From Blastocystis sp. Blastoise (lineage: Eukaryota; Protista; Bigyra: Opalinata), in the NCBI GenBank assembly GCA_039096225.1, contig JBBPEB010000003.1, forward strand, positions 1,265,188 through 1,329,187: a DNA stretch of 64,000 bases, read 5' to 3'. The translations under genes and the position numbers were made by a program. The notes below the pieces were generated by a model. That model did no database searches and was not told the origin of the DNA. It was given only the letters and a program-made list of their open reading frames with translations. Below, piece by piece: positions 51,133-64,000 of the stretch. Within the stretch, counting starts at the first letter, position 1. Each line of letters begins with the position of its first letter.

Positions 51133-52680
51133 ATGAATTATGAATTCATATATATATATTTTAAGTTTGTGTTTATATGAACAAATTAGAACTGATTACA
51201 GTTATTATAGATGTTTCTAAGCAGTGTTCATAATGTGTTAGTATTTATTTATAAAATTTATCATAGTGTTTTACATCATTCTTATAGGTTTTCCATTCTG
51301 GATATCCTCTTCCTTTCAGACATTCTCCTTGACCAGTTTTAGAAAGGTACATAACATGGACGCGTTGTTTTATTTATTATAAGGTATTTTATTACATTTC
51401 TTTTTTAATTCACTTAGATTTCTTGGTTATTCTCGTCAATACCTCTTCCAAACAACAAGTCAAGACAATATAGAGCGTATATAAATATATCTATTTAATT
51501 TTTTATTGCATTGGCACATTTCTCTTTTTTCTCTTTTCCTATCAAAAATATTCATTTGATTTTTAGTTACTCTATTCATATTTTATATATATTTACAATT
51601 TATATATTATATAGAAAAGTTATTTCTTACTCCATTCTTGAATCTTGAGGTTTCTCTGATATTTTCAAATACCAAATACGATATCAGTTGTAAAATAGTT
51701 TGTATATATATATATGTTTATTTATATATATTTAATTATTTATTTTTATCTATTTAATTATATTATTAATATAAGAATTTATTTATTTGTTTAAGTATAT
51801 ATAACATTTATGTAATATATATATAGATGAGAAATGAGTTGGTATTCGTGATTGTATTATTCATTATACAGATAATTTTATTACAAAACAACCTTCAAAT
51901 TATCCAAAGTATATTTTTTATATTTATTTATTCTATTATATATAGATATATATATTCAAATTTATATTCAAAAGAAGATAGAGTAGAAACAGTATGTGAT
52001 AAAGTGAATGATTATGCTGATAATAATATTCGAATTTTTGTTGCTATTTCTCATATATTTATATATATATATATTTATATATATATATATATTCTATAAT
52101 TTTTTATATCTTCTAGTCCTACTTATTTTCCTTTAACAGATGTAAAAGGAGGATATGCATTAAGTTCAATAGAAGAATATATTGGTAAGAAATATTAATT
52201 TACTATGAAAATAAATCTATTCTTCTTATATGAGAATAGAACAGATCAATTTATAGATTTTGAAACGAATAATGGATTATGGGTTTTTATTAATAAACAT
52301 TTATTCTTAGATTATAGAGAGTATATATATATTATATATTATTATTATTATATATATATAGTTATAATACTCCAGTTGGTTCTCATATTAATATAACGAA
52401 TTATGCAGATAAATTAGGTCTTATTCCTGGAATCACCTATTCTATATCTATATTCTTTGCTTCTAGAACATGTAGATCAATCAAGTATATATATGTTTAT
52501 ATATTATTATATATTATAATCTTTATTATTATACGTTTAATTATAATTATATTTTAGTTTATTAGTATATATACAAAAACTATAAGAATATTAGTTTCTA
52601 TATCTATATCTATTCATTGATATATATATATATATATATGTTTAGAATATGAGATACAACTTGTTTTATGATTAGAATTA
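51133..52680 (+). CDS. Multi-exon protein with a degenerate fibro-slime (PA14-related) domain; boundaries uncertain
   Basis: Spliced YFPLTD..FIDFETNNGLWVFINKHLFLDYRD|YNTPVGSHINITNYADKLGLIPGITYSISIFFASRTC resembles the fibro-slime pattern F.GDDDVWVFIN.KL..D.GG.H..LGL..G..Y..DIFFAER. Confidence 0.6.
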
Positions 52681-52985
52681 TATGTAAGAATAGCTATTGA
52701 ACTTATTTCAATTGATATAAATATGTGAAGATTTATAGATAATAGAATATTCAAATTCAAGCTATTTGTTACCTGATGTATCATTTCTTTTCGTTATTTA
52801 TTCTTACAATATACATTCGAAATAACAACTTACTTATTACTATAAGAATAAAAAGTATATTATTTATATTATATATATATATATGGTATTTATATAATAA
52901 CATATTTTTTATCTCTGTTTCTGATAAATATAATTCACTTATATATATTAATGATAATAGGTTTTATATAAATATTTATTTATAG

Positions 52986-54081
52986 TCTCGATGTACATCC
53001 AAATATATAGAAGATTCTAGATGTTTCATCACGTAATCATCTCGTGACTCCCTCAATCTCCACTTTAACGGACACTATTCTCTGTATGTACCTCAAGTTA
53101 TATGTTGAGGTATATAGAGATAAACTACATTATTATTAATATTATTACTCTTTATATAAATCTATAGAGGCTTCTTTATATGAATATATAACTGTATTAC
53201 AACTATTATTGGCAGATGTTAACCTTGGAAAAGATGTATATATATATATATATTATGTTATTACTGTTATTACATATATAGTTTGAATACTTATTTTCTA
53301 TGTATAAATTAAGCATATATATATATATATATAGTTATTCTCTTCCTTCACTTGAAACTATTTGTAATGAAAGGTGTATACATATATATATATATATATA
53401 TATATATTATGGTGTATTTATTATTATATATATAGTTATTAAAATTTTTTACCAAGTGATTTTCCCCGCCAAATTGATGTTGATAAATATATTAATACAC
53501 TGAAATTTGCTGAAAAACGAAAAATGTAATTATTATTAGTTTTTATTATGATTTATTTATATATATATATAGTTATCAAGATCCTTATGATTATCAAAAA
53601 TTATATATTAATATATATATATATATATATTGATGAGATCAAATATTTAAAATAGAATTGATGTATATAATAATAATTATTATTATATATATATATATAG
53701 GGAATAACTAATTTAACTACATTATTTCATGATCTTCAAACGATAAAGAAATCTGCTATTTATAAATCACTTGTTCAATACATACGAGACAGAGATATAT
53801 TAGATGTATTATTCCAACAGTGTTTAAATACACAAACATTACGATTGTCTCTCTCTCTCTTCTTCAACATATATGTACTGTTATCCTTTTAACAAATAAG
53901 AATATTGATATATTTTATGAAGCTGTTCATAATAACCGTATATATGAATCCATTCAAGCAACTACCATTATATGTCAACTACTCCCTCTCTTCCCTAATC
54001 AACAACGTGAATATTTACAAAGTTTATTATTGAATACATGTGATAATATATGTACAGTACAAGTATATATATATATATACT

Positions 54082-54114
<33 letters not shown>

Positions 54115-54355
54115 ACTTATACATATATATAAATACTTATATTCATATTATATATAGAGTATTAAGGTATAAGTAAATTGCTAGTATTATATTTAAATGA
54201 CATCCCTGAATCACAACCTATTCCTGATTCTATTCGAAATTCTATTAAAACAGTTGGTGAGTATATTTTCCGTTAAGGATGTATTTGTACTCCCGAATCA
54301 AATGAAGAAAAGCACGTGATATTCCATTGATTCCACTTTATAAATCAGATAGCTT

Positions 54356-54390
<35 letters not shown>

Positions 54391-55760
54391 ATTATTATTA
54401 TATATTATCATAGACTTCTTAACAACATGGTTTAAGAATGCAATATATTTAAATGATGGTTATAAATCATTCTTCAATTTATTATATACTTTTGAACCTT
54501 CTCTGAAATCCATTTCAGTTATATACCTTACTATCTCGTTTCTTACTATAATATTATATCATATTATTATATATAATACAAAGAAGAGAAATAATATTAG
54601 TAAGTCTATATATATATATGAATTGAATTACATTCCTCAAGATATTATGTATACATTATTAGCAAGAATAGCTGATATTATACAAATAGCTCTCTGCCCT
54701 TCTTCTTATATACCTCCTCAACTACATACATTAAAGAAGATAAATAGTCATTCTATTTCCTTTAATATGAGTCATAATAGTCTAGAAGAAGTATATAGTC
54801 CTCCTTTTCCTCCTCCTCCTCCTACTAATTATTTCACAGGTGCATATAAAGATATAGAAAATGATTTAATGGATGATAATGATATGGAAGTACCTGAAGA
54901 AGAAGAAATAGGATTAATGAATACTTATGAAGAGAAAGAAAGAGGAGAAGGGGAAGAAAAACCTACTGGAGAACTGATTTATGGATTAAGTTATATACTG
55001 AATACTGTTGAAATTGAAGGTGAAGAAGAAACAGGAAAGAAGAAAGAAAAAGAAATGATAGATATGTTTAGGTATATAGGAAAAAGAGAAGAAGATAAAA
55101 ATCATTGTATGTTTTATATTTTTTATATTTATTATATTTATTATATTTATTATGGTTTTATTATGTATAATATATAGCTATTGGTGTTCAATATGTATAT
55201 TCTCTTCTTCGTAATCGACTGAAAATCGCGAATAAAGAAGAAAAATATGATGTGAATATGATGTTATATGTGAATCTCTCTTCATCTACTTATGTTATAT
55301 GATCTTCTTAGTAAATATTTTATTAGATATACTTAATTATTCCCGTGGTTATATACTACTTTCCTCTTATCTTCTACTTCATCTTCCATCCTTACAGTGG
55401 CTTGTTGTCTTTATAAATCAATAATCGCGGGAAATACTTATTCTCAAGAATATTTTAATTATGTATATATATATTCACTTTATATTACTTTTGATGTAGC
55501 ATATTATATATTATTTACTCTTTTATATTTATTATTAATTATATAATATATATATATATAGATAGATATTAGACATACTACAAACAAGGCTTATTATATA
55601 CTTATAAACTACAGATACATCAATATATATACTGCTACATACCTCCTATAATACCAGCGTTTTATATCCCTCATTGAGAACCATAATTATCAAAATATTA
55701 TTATATATATATATATATATATATAGGAGTAACCATCTTAACCACGTTATATATTATCTT
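52986..55760 (+). CDS. Hypothetical multi-exon helical-repeat-like protein with an acidic insert; boundaries uncertain
   Basis: Open segments flanked by GT(AT)n..AG introns (e.g. IFYEAVHNNRIYESIQATTIICQLLPLFP; MYTLLARIADIIQIALCP). No family recognised. Confidence 0.45.
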
Positions 55761-55801
55761 GCTAATAATAAAGAAATCAACTGTTTAGAATCATATGTTT
55801 A

Positions 55802-55864
<63 letters not shown>

Positions 55865-56258
55865 AATCATTTTAAAGTTTTTTATTTTAGTAGTGTATGT
55901 ACATATAAATATCAAAAGAAGTATGAAAAAAAAAATATTAACAAAATATATCATTATTGAAATTTTTTTATAATTAATAAGAAGATATGTGTTTTTATAT
56001 TAAGAACAATATATTCATATATTATAAGATAAATAATAAGATTTTCGAAAGATATTATTAGAATATATAATGTTCATTTGTATTGTTATTATAAAATAAA
56101 TTATTATATAGTTTATATTAGAATAAAAAAAAATATGTTATATACAGTATGAATAAATAAATAGTTTGTAAATAAGATAAATTAGTATTATAATTAAAAG
56201 AATTTAAATATAGAAAAGGTTTAAATATATATATATATAAAATAAAAGAATAATATAT

Positions 56259-63177
<6,919 letters not shown>

Positions 63178-64000
63178 TATTAGAAGCAAATTAAAAATCA
63201 CTGATATTTATAAGAAATAAATTATTTTTGTAAATTTCTAAACTAAAAATAATGAAGAATCTGGAAAATTCTAGGAAATTTCTGAACTGTATATTTGTGG
63301 AAGTACTAAAATTTAATCAATTCAGGTTTAGTAAACATTCTTTTTTAATATTTTGTTTATGAATTAGTATTTATTATTTTTCAATTACTTTTGAAATAAC
63401 CATAGAAAATACTATTAGTTCTTAACTCTATATATTTGATATATATATATTTTTTAAATAAAAATTATTATACTTTGAAGATCAAACATATTCTCTTTAT
63501 TTATAAATAAAATTTATTGTTTAATGAATTTATTAATAAAGATGTAATGATATAAATATGGTTTATTCTTATAATTAATTTATTTTTATTATTAAAAGTA
63601 TAATTACGAAATTCTTAAAATTATATAAACTCTGTTTTGTTTTTAATGATACTTCTTGATATATATATATATATGGATTGTTTATATTATTGTTTCAATT
63701 ATATATTATTATTTAGGAAATGCTGAAATAAAAAACGAAGTATGTTTCCTTTTTAATTGTCTTAATTGATCAAAAAGAAATATTATTATGATATAATAAA
63801 TATAAAACTAGTATGGATTCGTCACCTATGACAACGGCTAATATATATGTTTTTTTGTTTATAATATTATTTATTTGCTGTTGTTTGTTTATCTATAATC
63901 ATATTTAATATATGTATATTTATTATATACTTATTTATAAGACAAAAGAATAATATTTAAAAAATGAAAACTTCTTTTAATATTTTATAAGAATATCATC

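Overview
Very AT-rich eukaryotic nuclear DNA (about 15-20% GC by eye), gene-dense, with many short spliceosomal introns built from (AT)n and (TTA)n microsatellites. Gene content suggests a Blastocystis-like anaerobic stramenopile; this is inference only. It includes an expanded-type TLDc protein, a putative-Ig/Cys-repeat surface protein, cathepsin L, and organelle-targeted pyruvate carboxylase and uL4m. I manually spliced about 17 protein genes; most short ORFs in the track are microsatellite-intron artefacts. Highlights: (1) a ~7 kb, roughly 20-exon gene (56259-63177, minus strand) carrying a tyrosine-recombinase domain with R-K-(Y)xxR-H-Y catalytic residues; (2) a young non-autonomous hAT element (22079-23374; 73-bp TIRs, 8-bp TSD) 77 nt upstream of a cathepsin L gene; (3) a catalytically degenerate, intron-containing hAT transposase gene; (4) a strongly over-represented GC palindrome CCCGCGGG, with CpG-deamination-like variants, embedded mostly in coding DNA; (5) introns consisting only of GT(AT)nAG; (6) a MUS81-like protein with no nuclease domain. 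Exon boundaries were read by eye and no database searches were run.
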